From NCBI RefSeq assembly GCF_009914755.1, contig NC_060947.1: a stretch of 64,000 nt of DNA; one strand, given 5' to 3'. The notes beneath the pieces are model-generated. The model was not told the DNA's origin. It saw only the letters and a list, made by a program, of their open reading frames with translations, and ran no database searches. The DNA comes from the human T2T-CHM13v2.0 reference genome, Homo sapiens. Positions 17,047 through 31,013 of the stretch are shown here, piece by piece (within the stretch, counting starts at the first letter, position 1; each line of letters begins with the position of its first letter). Position numbers and translations under genes: made by a program.

Positions 17047-18344
17047 ATGCTGTAGGTCCATGTTTGCCTCCTCAGAATCACAGAAATATCTTTTATTTCA
17101 TGACATCTGGTTTTCCACTCAGGAAAATAAAAGGATAGTCACTGTAACTAAAATTAAACAATGTTTTTTAAGCTTTTAGTTCACCTTGGACATTAGCAGA
17201 TCATTCTGGAAAATAGCCCATTCTTATAAAAATAGATACAACTTGTGTTTTGATTATAGAAGAGAATGTACAAGCTGAATGAAAAGATGCTATACTATAC
17301 TAATATGTATCATTGTGTGGATTTTTAAGTGTAAAAATGTTACTCTTGCTTTTTACCATCATCAAATGTAAATGAGGTCAAAAGTGCTGTGGGACTTTTA
17401 CGTAATTTACCATAAAAAAAAACTCTCTTCGTTTGGAATCAGTTGCAATCTTGCTTCCTTTGTGCATAAATCTTTAAGTTGTGTGTCATTTTAGTTATAT
17501 CTGTCTCCTAATTACTCAAACAAAATGCTTTTTATAGTAAACAGTAAATATTGGTATGTGTTAAATTAATTAGTGAACAAATAAGTCTTATATACATTGT
17601 GTCCTTCAAAGGAACCTGAAGACCCTTTTTACTTCCTTATGCCAAGCCTAGAACAAATTATAAGTCTCTCACTAACTTATTTCTCTCCCTGGGACTTAAT
17701 TTTCGCTGACCCATCTAGTTCTTCATAATCAAAGGTGCCCTTAAAGTCAATGGTTTAGACACACAATCCTCAATAACTTCAGCCTTTTCAGTTTGATTCT
17801 CTTTTTGTTGCCATTAAAAGTAATTGCACAATTGGCAATTATTTTTGCATCAACCTAATACTAAAACTCCTGTAACCCAAATTTATAAGTTAAATAAAGA
17901 GGAATGGGGGAAGAAAGTGATTTCCACCCAGTCTGTGCCCCACTGTTACAGCTCTCACTATTTTCCTTCATCTAATTAATTTACCATTTAATTTTTTATC
18001 TTTATTTGACATTTTTATAATACCTCCTTTACCCCTCCATAATTGGCGCTTAATCATTAGAATATTGGATCAATAGAAGAGAACATATAATCTGTGTATG
18101 TACTTGGTTGTATAAATGATATTGCTCAATATGAACTTGGTTCAGTATTATTTGACACTTTCATCAACACTCTGTATATTAAGAAACAAACATCTTTGAG
18201 AGAAGGATGGGCATTTGAGTAGCTTACTCTAAAGAGTAAAGAAGGATAAACACGATTTTGGGAAGTGTTTGGAAACTAATATATTTAAGTCAGTTAAGGA
18301 AGCTGTATTAACAAACACAAATTAGTTAATGTTATTTTAATAGC

Positions 18345-19787
18345 GTGACATTACCAAGATGGCAGAGAAGGAGATACATGCCTTCATTCCCCAATAAAAA
18401 CAACTAATATAGATAACCATTCTAATTCAAATTAGCCCAGAGAGGGCCGGAGGGCCCATTAAAGAATCTGCAGCAACACACTGGAGCAAATAAAATGAAG
18501 AATATCCAATTAGAAAGGATCTCCAGTTAGATCAACATACCTGAGATGTGAAGAGATGGCTAGGAACAGAGGAAAGATGGAGGATATTGGTGTCAGCCAC
18601 ACTGTAGGAAACACCATGGTCCCTGGTAGCCTTCTCCACAGAGGATACTAGCATCTCTTACCACTGAAGTAACCAACAGCCATTCCCAACAGGGAACACC
18701 GGAGGAGATATGGTTATACACTTCTCCTCAGCTCAAAAAGCATCCATTGTTCAGTTCCTTTGGGAAAATAGTATCCACCTTTCTCAACCTTGCATGTGCC
18801 CCAGTCCTAGAGTTGCGGCTGACCCACAAGTACCTGCAGTCCATATCCAGGCTCTCTAGCTGCACTAGACTCTCTCATGTTTCAGACACTAGAGCCATCA
18901 GCATAGTCACCTAGTTTACACTCCATATCCCAAAGTCAGACCTTGCTGTGTATTCCTGAGGTCTAGTACTGGCTCTGCCACTATAGAAGACCAGGCCGCT
19001 TCCAGCCTCCACAGCCAATTTTCTGTGCTCCCATTTTTGGCCTGCTGTCTTAATGCTTTGCAAGCTGTTACCAACACAGTGATAGAGCGGCTTGCAACCT
19101 GGACACCAGCTCAGTGACCACAGAGAGTTAGGCTCTGTTCTGACACTAGAGCTGTTCTAAACTCTGTGTACACCTGTACTCTCACTCTGTTTTCCTGGCT
19201 ACTTCATAAGCATCTATGACTCACATGCTTTTAGCACTATGGCACTGGGGTGCCACCAACACGGGCAACAGTGCCATTACCACCTCAAATCACAGAACCG
19301 TAGTCCCTTCAAACAGGTTCATGCTTCAGACCTCAGCTCCACAGCTGTTCCATAGTACCACTCAACAGACCCCAATGAAACCATCACGATGAGAGAGCTC
19401 ATAAGCCAGATCCATTGTTAAAAGGAATCCCCTCAGCCAAAACTTCCCACAAGAGAGAAAGAGAGATCAGGAAGAATATAAAAGGCATTGCCACCAAAGA
19501 CCACAACAACCCTTGCTGCCACCATGGACAGTATTGGCAGCTGAGGATACCTGCAGTCTTCATCAATACCAGTATCAGCTGACATAGCTGTGCAAAGTTG
19601 ACAGAGCTACACCCTCACTGTTGTTAGAATCACTGCACCCCATCCAGTTTGCACCCTTGCACCACCACATAGAGGTTTTTGTTTTTCACAACAAAGCTGA
19701 ACCATAGTGTCTGCAAGAGGAGAATACTCCAGAAAATGTGCCGACATTAAACATAAGGGAAAAAGAATATTTAAAAACCAAGGAGAC
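18345..19787 (+). mobile_element. Old L1M (L1MA-type) 5'UTR, left part of host element
   Basis: Begins GTGACATTACCAAGATGGCAG. GC-richer UTR running into an ORF1 start region, cut at a TSD. Confidence 0.7.
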
Positions 19788-19974
19788 TCTTGACAAGCTG
19801 ACAGCCAGGTAGAAAAATGGAAGGATACTAAGCACAGCACCCTGTGGCTAATGGTTCTTCCTGCTGAAGCCTACACTCACCAGTGTTAGCCAGTTCTCAA
19901 TAGTCACAGCTGGATATTCAGATCCCATTGCATTGGTTTGTTAAATGTTTCAGTGAAAAAAATCTGTGTACTAG

Positions 19975-20232
19975 GGAAGCAAGTTGAATTATTAGGAGCT
20001 GCTAAATGGAAAGGCCCTAATGACAAAGAATCAACAGGAGCTCCAGCCTGAGACAATCAGTCCAAACTGAATCCTGCCAATAATTCATATATAAGTGCAG
20101 AAGCAGATGCTGCACCAGTCAAGCTTCAGTTGAGACCACAGCCCCAGCCTCCTGAGAAACATTGAGATAAAGAAAAAATGTGAGACATGTCTGGATCCTG
20201 TTCTGCAAAAACTATGATATGATAAATGTTTC
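19975..20232 (+). mobile_element. MLT1 (E-like) MaLR LTR fragment
   Basis: AACTGAATCCTGCCAATAA, GAAGCAGATGCTGCACCAGTCAAGCTTCAGTTGAGACCACAGCCCCAGCC and GATAAATGT match MLT1 LTR motifs. Both LTR termini are absent. Confidence 0.7.
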
Positions 20233-20511
20233 TGACTTACACTGTGAACTTCTTTTCCAAGAACCATTACAGGAACACACCAGGAAAACTAAAAAAGTTT
20301 ACAGATCCTATGAAAGTAGTGACATACTGCTGCAAACTCCATGAGACAGGCAAAAAGCTCTGAGTACCCAAAGCGTGAGAGGAGGAAATCCTGCCTCCAT
20401 GTACACATGCCCACTAGGAAATCTGAAAATCCAGATCATGGGCAAAGAATTTAACCTTATCTAGAAGTAGACCGGATTTAGGGAGCTGAGCAAAATACAA
20501 AAGTAAAAGCA

Positions 20512-21405
<894 letters not shown>

Positions 21406-22817
21406 CTAACCCTGCCCCCACCTGATAGTATTTCTCTGCCTGCCCTGGTAGCTGAAAACAAAAGACATACATTCTTGGGAGCTTTATGGCCCCACCCATC
21501 ATTCGAGAAACCCGAGTACTCTTCCTTGCCAATGTAGGGCAAGATTATATCCCCCTTCTACTACTGCTGCTGGTGTTCTTTTAAAAGTGCCACCTCCTGT
21601 TAGGAGGCCAACCAACTCAGGCCATTACAGCAACCCCTGACAGAATAACACTGCTCCCAGGAAGGAGAAAACAATAGCTAATATCACTGCCTGCAACATC
21701 CTGGCTAACCAGAGGTTCCGAGTCTGCCCATGTGACAACTTAACTGCTAGCATAACCAGCATTTGAGAAAGCCAGCACACTAAACCTATCTAAAACCAAG
21801 GATTCTCACAGTCTCCATCACTCCCGTCACCACCACCAGAGCAGATGCTGTTATCAATGACTGGGAGACCTGAAGACTGATCACATCACTGGACTCTTTG
21901 CAGACATTCTCCAACACCAACCCAGAGCCTGGTAGCCCTGCTGGGTGGCTAGAACCAGAAGAGCAATAACAATCACTGCAGTCTGGTTCTCAGGAAGCCC
22001 CATCCCTAGGGGAAGGGGAAGAGCACTACAGCAAGGGATCACACATGGGAAAAAAGAATCTAGCCTCCTAGAAAAAAAAATAGCAGGCTTTGAGTTTCAG
22101 ATTTTTTCACTGGTGAGTAGTTTCTCATAGCAGAGACACAATTACAGTGCTGGGTGTAGTAGGAGAAGTCTGCACCTGTACACCAACAGGGAGGCAGCCT
22201 CTTTGATCATGAAGAGCTTTGGAGAAAGGATCGTTGGTCCCCCCTCTGCTCTGCCACAGACACAGCTTGGGCTTTCCCCTCAGAAATGCAGCCTGGAGGC
22301 ACCTGTAGACAACCTTTCTGAAAAAAATTCAAGGTGAGTGCAGCCCCACAGGAAGAGCACACCTTAGATTCAGGCCTGCATGAGATGCAGAGTCACAATT
22401 CCTCTCTATGTGGAACATCAACATTTGTATAGATGAAATGAGATGCCTGTGTGATCTCAATAGCTGAAACTCTAGGACAGGAGTAGAGCTGTTAAGTGAA
22501 CAGCTTTACTGCTGACCTGGCATGGGGGCTGAGGTAGCTCTCTTTCTTCACCCTGATAAAACCTTAGCTCATCTAATTGAGAGCTCCCCCAGCCACCTTT
22601 ATCAAGACTGGGATCTCAGCCCAACTTTGGGTGTTACATCTACCCACCTGCCTTTGCCACAACCTGTGCCTACCCAGGGATACCTCCCCTATTCATCTGA
22701 AGCCTGAATTATCAACTCAGTAAATAAAACACCAGGAAAAAATAAATAAACACATAAAGTGTACACCATAAGGAAACAAGATAAGCTTCAAGGGATCCCT
22801 GCCATTCCAACTCCATA

Positions 22818-23851
22818 AGGAGCCCCTCTGCCCAGCTGCCCAGTCTGGGAAGTGAGGAGCGCCTCTTCCCGGCCGCCATCCCATCTAGGAAGTGAGAAGC
22901 GTTTCTGCCCGGCCGCCCATCGTCTGAGATGTGGGGAGCGCCTCTGTCCCGCTACCCCATCTGGGATGTGAGGAGCGCCTCTGCCCGGCCGCGACCCCGT
23001 CTGGGAGGTGAGGAGCCCCTCTGCCCAGCAGCCGCCCCGTCTGAGAAGTGAGGAGCCCCTCCGCCCGGCAGCCGCCCCGTCTGAGAAGTGAGGAGCCCTT
23101 CCACCCGGCAGCCGCCCCATCTGGGAAGTGAGGAGCATCTCCGCCTGGCAGCCGCCCCGTCCTGGAGGGAGGCAGGGGGCAGCCTCCGCCCGGCCAGCCA
23201 CCCCGTCTGGGAGGGAGGTGGGGGGCAGCCCCCGCCCGGCCAGCCTCCCCGTCCGGGAGGGAGGTGGGGGGCGCCTCCACTCGGGGCGCCTCTGCCCAGC
23301 CGCCCCTTCTGGGAAGTGAGGAGCCCCTCTGCCCGGCCACCACCCCGTCTGGGAGGTGTACCCAACAGCTCATTGAGAACGGGCCATGATGACGATGGCG
23401 GTTTTGTCGAGTAGAAAAGGGGGAAATGTGGGGAAAAGATAGAGAAATCAGACTGTTGCTGTGTCTGTGTAGAAAGAAGTAGACATGGGAGACTCCATTT
23501 TGTTCTGTGCTGGGAGGAATTCTTCTGCCTTGGGATGCTGTTGATCTGTGACCTCGCCCCCAGCCCAGTACTCTCTGAAACATGTGCTGTGTCCACTCAG
23601 GGTTAGATGGATTAAGGGCGGTGCAAGATGTGCTTTGTTGAACAGATGCTTGAGGGCAGCATGCTCGTTAAGAGTCATCACCACTCCCTAATCTCAAGTA
23701 CCCAGGGACACAAACACTGCAGAAGGTCGCAGGGTCCTCTGCCTAGGAAAACCAGAGACCTTTGTTCACTTGTTTATCTGCTGACCTTCCCTCCACTATT
23801 GTCCTATGACCCTGCCAAATCCCCCTCTGTGAGAAACACCCAAGAATGATC

Positions 23852-23884
<33 letters not shown>

Positions 23885-23897
23885 AGAGAAAAAAAAA
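22818..23897 (+). mobile_element. SVA retrotransposon (B/C-type SINE-R), 5'-truncated within the VNTR
   Basis: GC-rich VNTR (GAAGTGAGGAGCCCCTCTGCCCGGC units) at 22818-~23355, HERV-K-derived SINE-R to AATAAA at ~23852, then an A-tail. Hexamer and Alu-like domains are absent. Confidence 0.96.
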
Positions 23898-25854
23898 GAA
23901 ACAGTGAAATCACCCACACCCCAAGAATATTACTACTACAACCATCATCAGAGAAAGCCAGTGCACAAAGACTTTCTATAACTAAGGATCTCATTCAGAG
24001 TCTTCACCACTACAAGCACCAAGAATTAAAATTAAGCTAAAACAAACATTAAAGTCTGATCCTTAAGAGAGAAGAAAAAAATTAAATGTAAAAAACACTG
24101 TCTAATAAAAAATAAATTCAAAAACAATTTTAAGTAATAGTCTGCCCAAATGAGAAGGAATCATAAAAGTCATTCTGGCAACATGACAAAACAGGGCTCT
24201 ATAACAACCACAAAAATCACACTGGCTCCCCAGCAATAAACGAAAACCAAAAAGAAATCTCTGGATTGCCAAATAAAGAATTCAGAAGGTTGATTATTAA
24301 GCTAATCATGGAGATACTAGAGAAAGGTGAAAAACAACACAAAAGACATTTTTAAAAATACAGATATGGATGAAAAATTTTTCAGATAAATGGATATCAT
24401 AAAGAAAAAACAATTACAACTTCTGGAAATAAAAGAGCCATTCAGAGAAATACAAAATGCAGTGGAAAGTTTCAACAATAGACTAGAACAAGTAGAGGAA
24501 AGAAATTCAGAGCTCAATGATAAGGATTTTGAATTAACCCAATCAGAGAAAGACAAAGAAAAAAGAATTTAAAAAATTAACAAGCCTCCAAGAAATGTGG
24601 GATTATGTTAAACAACCAAACCTAATAATAACTGATGTTCCTGAGGAAAAAGAAAAATCTAAACATTTGAAAAACTTATTTGAGAGAATAATTCAGGAAA
24701 ACTTCCCTGGCCTTGCTGGAGATATAGACATCCAAATACAAGAAGCTCAAAGAACTCCTGGGAAGTTTACCACAAAAAGATCACCAAGGCACATAATCAT
24801 CAGGTTATCTAAAGTAAAGATAAATAAAATAATCGTAAGAGTTGTGAGACAAAAGAGTTAGGTAACCTATAAAAGAAAATCTATCAGATAAACAGCTGAT
24901 TTCTCAGCAGAAACCTTATAAACCAGAAGGGATTGGGGTCCTATCTTTAGCCTCCTTAAACAAAATAATTGCCAGCCAAAATTTTTTTTAACCCAGGAAT
25001 ACTAAGCTGCATAAATGGATAGATAAATCCTTTTCAGACAAACAAATGCGGAGAGAATTTACCACTACCAAACCAGCACTGCAAGAAAAAGGAGTTCTAA
25101 ACCTTGAAAGAAAACCTCAAAATATGCAAAACAGAATGTCCTTAAAGCACAAATTTCACAGGGCCTATAAAACAATAACACAATTTACAAAAAAAAGATA
25201 TTTAGGCAATAATTAACATGATGAATAGAACAGTACCACACATCTTAATACAAATGTTGAATTTAAATGGCCTAAATGCTCCAGTTAAAATATACAGAAT
25301 GGCAAAATGGATAAAAATCTACCAACAAAGTATCTGCTGTCTTCAAGAGACTTAACTAACACATAAAGACTCAAATAAACTTAATGTAAAGGGGTGGAAA
25401 ATGATATTCCATGCAAATGAAAACCAAAAGCAAGCAGGAGTAGCTATTGTTATATCACATAGACACACAAAAAAATCAGACTTAAAGCAACAACAGTAAA
25501 AGAAGACAAAGAAGGACATTATATAATGATAAAAGAATTAGTCCAACAAGAAAATATTACAATGCTAAATATATATGCACCTAACACTCTGAGGTCCCAA
25601 AGTTATAAAACAATTACTACTAGACATAAGAAAATAGACAGATGGCAACACAATAATAGTGGGGGACTTCAATACTCCACAGATAGTACTAGACAGATCT
25701 TCAAGACAGAAAGTCAACAAGAAACAATGGACCTAAACTATACCCTAGAACAAATGGACTTAAAATGTATTTACAGAACATTCTATGCAACAACTGCAGA
25801 ATTTACATTCTTTTCATTAGCACACGAACTGTTCTCCAAAACAGACCATATAAT

Positions 25855-26348
25855 TGCTGCAGAATAATTAAGGAATCAGAGAGACCGAGGGGTTGAAGAG
25901 GAATTATTTAATTGTTTAGGTGCACCAACCCAGTCAGATTAACATCCAAAGGACTGAGCCCCAAACAAAGAGTCAAGCTACCTTTTAACCATTTCGTGGT
26001 TTTAACCATTTCCCATCTGTGCAGGGGGAAGTGTATTACAGAAGTGAGAAACAAAGACAGTTATTCAGTTAAAACATGCATTACATTATTTCTTACATTT
26101 TAAGGAACTGCATGTTTTACGACTTGAGATTATCTGTCTAGTGACCTTGCAGCTGCACAGCTAGAGAAACAGAGTCTTCACAATGCCTGGGAAAGAGAGA
26201 GATAAGGCTCACTAGCCACAGAGAGAAAAATAGGCAGTTAATTTTAAAGGACTCCAGTCCTTTCTCTCCCTCAAGGGCAACTGGGCTTTTTTACATACAA
26301 CTAAGTTTTTGCTTACACAGTCTTTAATTTCTTTGAATTTCTGTTTCA
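25855..26348 (-). mobile_element. Solo ERV1-class LTR (probably LTR15) in L1PB ORF2
   Basis: 494 bp with TG...CA termini. 4-bp TSD TAAT at 25851-25854 and 26349-26352. L1 ORF2 resumes after it. Family name is from memory. Confidence 0.8.
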
Positions 26349-29300
26349 TAATAGGCCACAAAATGACTCTTAAAAAAATTTAAGGAAATTTAAATAATAT
26401 CAATTATTCTCTCAGACCACAGTGGAATAAAACTGGAAATTAATTCCAAATGGAACAGTCAAAACTATACAAACATATACACACTGAACACTCTGCTCTT
26501 GAATGATCTTTGGGTTAACAATTAAATCAAGATGGAAATTAAAAAAAATCTTTGAACTGAGTGATAATAGTGACACAACTTATCCAAACTTCTGGGATAC
26601 AGCAAAAGCAGTGCTAAGATAAAAGTTCATAGCATTAAATGCCTACATTAAAAAGTCTGAAAGAGCAAAAATAGACAATCTAATGTCACATCTCAAGGAA
26701 CTAGAGAAAAATAACAAACAAAACTCAAACCAAGCAGAAACAAATAACAAAGATCAGAGAACTAAATAAAATTGAAACAAAACAATACAACTGATAAATG
26801 AAACAAAAAGCTGGTTATTTGAAAAGTTAAGCAAAATTTATAGACCATTAGTGAGATTAACCAAGAAAGGAAGACAGAAGATCCAAAAAAGCTTAATTAG
26901 AAACAAAATGGGAGTTATTACAACCAAGACCACAGAAATACAGAAGATTATTCAAGGTTACTACGAACACTTATACACACAGAAACCAGAAAATCTAGAG
27001 GAGCTAGATAAATTCCTGGAAATATACAATCCTTGTAGATTAAATCAAGAAGAAATAGAAACTCTGAACAGACCAATAACAAATAGCAAGACTGAAACAC
27101 TAACTAAAAAAAGTACAAGACGAGATGAATTCACAGCTGAATTATATCAGATATTTAAAGAAGAATTGGTACCAGTGCCACTAAAACAATCTCAAAAAAT
27201 AGAGAAGGAGGTAACTCTCCATAAATCATTTGATGAAGCCAGTATCATCCTAATATCAAAACCAGGAAAGAATATAACAACAACAAAAACTACAGATCAA
27301 TATCTCTGATGAACAATCTCTGATGCAAAAATCCTCAACAAAATACTAGCTAACTGAATGCAACAGCATATCAAAAAGATAATATATCATGATCAAGTGG
27401 GTTTTATACCAGAGATGCATGGATGGTTTAGCATACACAAATCAATAAATATGATACACCATATAAACAGAATTTTTTAAAAAATGTGATAATCTCAATA
27501 GATATAAAAAAAGCATTTGAAAAAATCCAGCATCCCTTTATGATTAAAGCCCCCAGCAAAATAGGCATAGAAGGAACATACCCCAAAATAACAAAAATCA
27601 TCTGTGACAAACCCACAGCCAACATCATGATGTGTGGGAAAAAGTTGAAAGCATTCCCCCAGAGAACTGAAACAAGAAAAGTATATCCACTTTTACCACT
27701 TCTATTCAACATAGTACTGGAAGCAGTAGCCAGAGCAATCAGACAAGAGAAAGAAATAAAGGGTATCCAAATTGATAAAGAGGAAGTCAAACTGTAAATG
27801 TTCCCTGATAATCTGATTTTATACCTAGAAAACCCTGAAGACTCATCCAAAAATCTCCTAGATCTGATAAATAAATTTAGTAAAGCTTCAGGATACAATA
27901 TCAATGTATACAATTCAGTAGCACTGCTGTACACAAACAACTACCAAGCTGAAAATCAAATCAAAAACTCAATTCCTTTTACAACACCTGAAAAAATAAA
28001 TAAAATGCTTAGGAATATAGTTAAGCAAGGATGTAAAAAATTTCTATGAGGAGAACTACAAAACACTCCTGAAAAAGATCATAGATGACACAAACAAATG
28101 GAAACACATCCCATGCTCATGGATAGGTAGAATCAGTATTGTGAAAATGACTGTATTGCCAAAAGCAAATTACAGATTCAATATAATTCCCATAAAAATA
28201 CCATCATTATTCTTCACAGAAACGGAAAAAAATTCTAAAATTTATATGGAACATAAAAATAGCCCACGTAGACAAAGCAATACTAAGCTAAAAGAACAAA
28301 TTTGGAGGCATAACTTTACCTGACTTAAAACCATACTACAAGGCTATATTTACAAAACAGCATGGCACTGGTATAAAAATATTCACATAGACCAGTGTGG
28401 AACATAATAGAAAACCCAGAAATAATGCCAAATACTGACAGCCAACTGATCTTTAACAAAGCAAACAAACGCATAAAATAGAGAAAGGACACCTATTCAA
28501 CAAATGGTGCTGGGGTTATTGGCAAGCCACATGTACAAGAATGAAAAGATGGATCCTCATCTCTCACTGTATAGAAAAATCAACTCAAGAAGGATTAAAG
28601 ACTTAAATCTAATACCAGAAACCATAAAAATTATAGAAGATAACATCAGAAAATCTCTTCTAGACATTGGCTTAGGAAAAGAATTCATGACCAAGAACCT
28701 GAAAGCAAATGCAACAAAAACAAAAATAAATGAATAGGACCTAATTAAACTAAAAAGCATCTGTACAGGCAAAAGAAATAATTGGTAGAGTAAACAGAAA
28801 ACCCACAGAGTGGGAGAAAATATTCACAAACTATGCATCCAACAAAGGACTAATATCTAGAACCTATAAAGAACTCAAACGAATCAGTAATAAAACAAAT
28901 CATCTCATTAAAAGCGGTCAAAGGACACATGAATACACAATTCTCAAAAGAGGATATACAAATGGCTAACATACATAAAAAATGCTCAACATCAGTAATT
29001 ATCAGAAAACTGCTAATTAAAACCACAACGAGATATTGCCTTACTCCTGCAAGAATGGTCATAATTAAATAAATAAAAAATAATAGATGTTGACATGGAT
29101 GCAGTGAAAGGGGAACACTTTTACACTGCAGGTGGGAAGCTAAACTAGTACAACCACTATGGAAAACAGTATGCAGATTCCTTAAAGGACTAAAAGTAGA
29201 AATACCATTCAATCCAGCAATCACACTACTGGGTATCTACCCAAAGGAAAACAAGTCATTATATGAAAAAGACACTTGCACATGCATGTTTACAGTAGCA

Positions 29301-29779
29301 CAATTCACAATTGCAAAAATGTGTAACCAACCTAAATGCCCATTAACCAACGAGTAGATGAAGAAAATGTGGTATATATACACCATGGAATACTACTCAA
29401 TCATAAAAAGGAATAAAATAATGGCATTTCCTGCAACCTCGATGGAGTTGGAGACCATTATTCTAAGTGAAGTAACTCAGGAAAGGAAAACCCCAAATAT
29501 CGTATGTTCTCCCTTAGAAGTGGGAATTAAGCTATAAAGATGCAAAGGCATAGAAATGATATAATGGACTCTGAGGACTCAGGGTGAAGGGTGGGGTTAG
29601 GGTGAGGGATAAAAGACTACACATTGGGTACAGTGTACACTGCTCGGGTAATGAGTGCACCAAAATCACAGAAATCACCACTAAAGAATTGAACCATGTA
29701 ACCAGAAACCACTTGTTCCCTAAAAACTACTGAAATAAAACACAATTTCAATAAATAAATAAATAGAAACCAAGGAGAC

Positions 29780-30420
29780 ATAACACAGTAAAGACAAAAT
29801 AATATCTCAGTAGCTGACCTGCAAAGAGATGAAGACATATGAACTGCATGAAAAATAATTTAAAATAATTTTGTTATAAGAAAAAAATGGTGAAATTTCA
29901 GATAACACAGAGAAACAATTCAAGAAAACCAGGGTAACAAAAATTTAGTAGATTTAAATTATTTACGAATCAAAGGAAATTCTGTAGCTTAAGAATATAA
30001 TAAATAAAATAAAAAATTCAATAGTCACCATCGATAGCAGAATTGATCAACCAGAAGTGAGAATCTGTGAACTGAAAGACAGGTTATTTGACAATATATA
30101 GTCAGAAGAGATAAAAAAGAAGAAATCCTATGGAATTTATGGGACATCATCAAAAGAAAAAATAATTATTTTATGGAATTTTAAGAAAGAGAAGAGAGAG
30201 ATAAATGGGTAAAAAGCATATTATAAGAAATAATGGCAGAAACTTTCCAAATCTAGAGAATAATATAAATATCCAAATACATCAAGGAGGTCAAAAGTCT
30301 CCAGAAACATTTAATCTAAGCAAGAGAACACCAAGACATGTTATCCAAACGGTGAAAACCAAGGACAATGAGAGGGTCCTGAAAGCAGCAGAAGTAAAGA
30401 AGCAAATTACATATAGGGGA
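29780..30420 (+). mobile_element. Old L1M ORF1, right part of host element
   Basis: ORF1-like remnant (NFPNL...RTPRHVI...ERVLKAA, 30205-30423) continuing the 18345 element after the TSD. Confidence 0.75.
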
Positions 30421-31010
30421 TGAGAATATTTGAGAGTTACTCTCATCAATATTGAAATGTGCGGTACTCAATTATTAGCTATATTCAACCTCTTGTACAG
30501 TAGATCTCAAAGAAATCAAGTTCATTCCTCTTATATAATGGGGAGGCTTTGTATACTTTATTATCTCCTCATTGCCCCCTCACACACATTCTACTCTCTA
30601 CTTCTATAAATTCAATTGTTTTAAATTCCACATGTAAGTGAGAATATGTGGTATTTGTTGTCCTGTGTTTGGATTATTTTACTTAGTATAATCTTCTCCA
30701 ATTCCATCCATGTTGTTACAAGTGATTGAATTTCTTCCTTTTGTGAGGTTGAATAGTATCCCATTGTGTATGTATATAACATTTTCTTTTATCCATTCAT
30801 CCATCGTAGGGCAGGATTTTCTTCTTTTTTAAGGCTGGATAATATTCCACTGTGTGTATATACCAATTTTTGTTATTTCTTCATCCACTGCTGAACACTT
30901 ACATTCATTCTATATCTTGGCTACTATTGTGAATAATGCTGCCAAAATGAGAGTGCAGATATTTCTTCAACATACTGATTTCAAATCCTTTGGATACGGA
31001 CTAAGTAGTT
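30421..31010 (-). mobile_element. L1MA (older, MA8-10-like) 3' end
   Basis: Antisense L1MA 3'UTR and ORF2 end (TTCCACATGTAAGTGAGAAT, TTGTGAATAATGCTGC). Confidence 0.7.
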
Positions 31011-31013
31011 GAA

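Noticed and set aside
11866-19810. Shared 13-mer CTGACAGCCAGGT near two L1 5' junctions
   Set aside because: No extension beyond the 13-mer, and compatible with chance in 64 kb.
22788-23596. GC-rich ORFs of 108-232 aa on both strands
   Set aside because: They are translations of the stop-poor SVA VNTR, not genes.
30728-30890. Two consecutive diverged copies of the same L1 3' segment
   Set aside because: Most simply two old L1MA fragments joined. Too diverged to resolve by eye.
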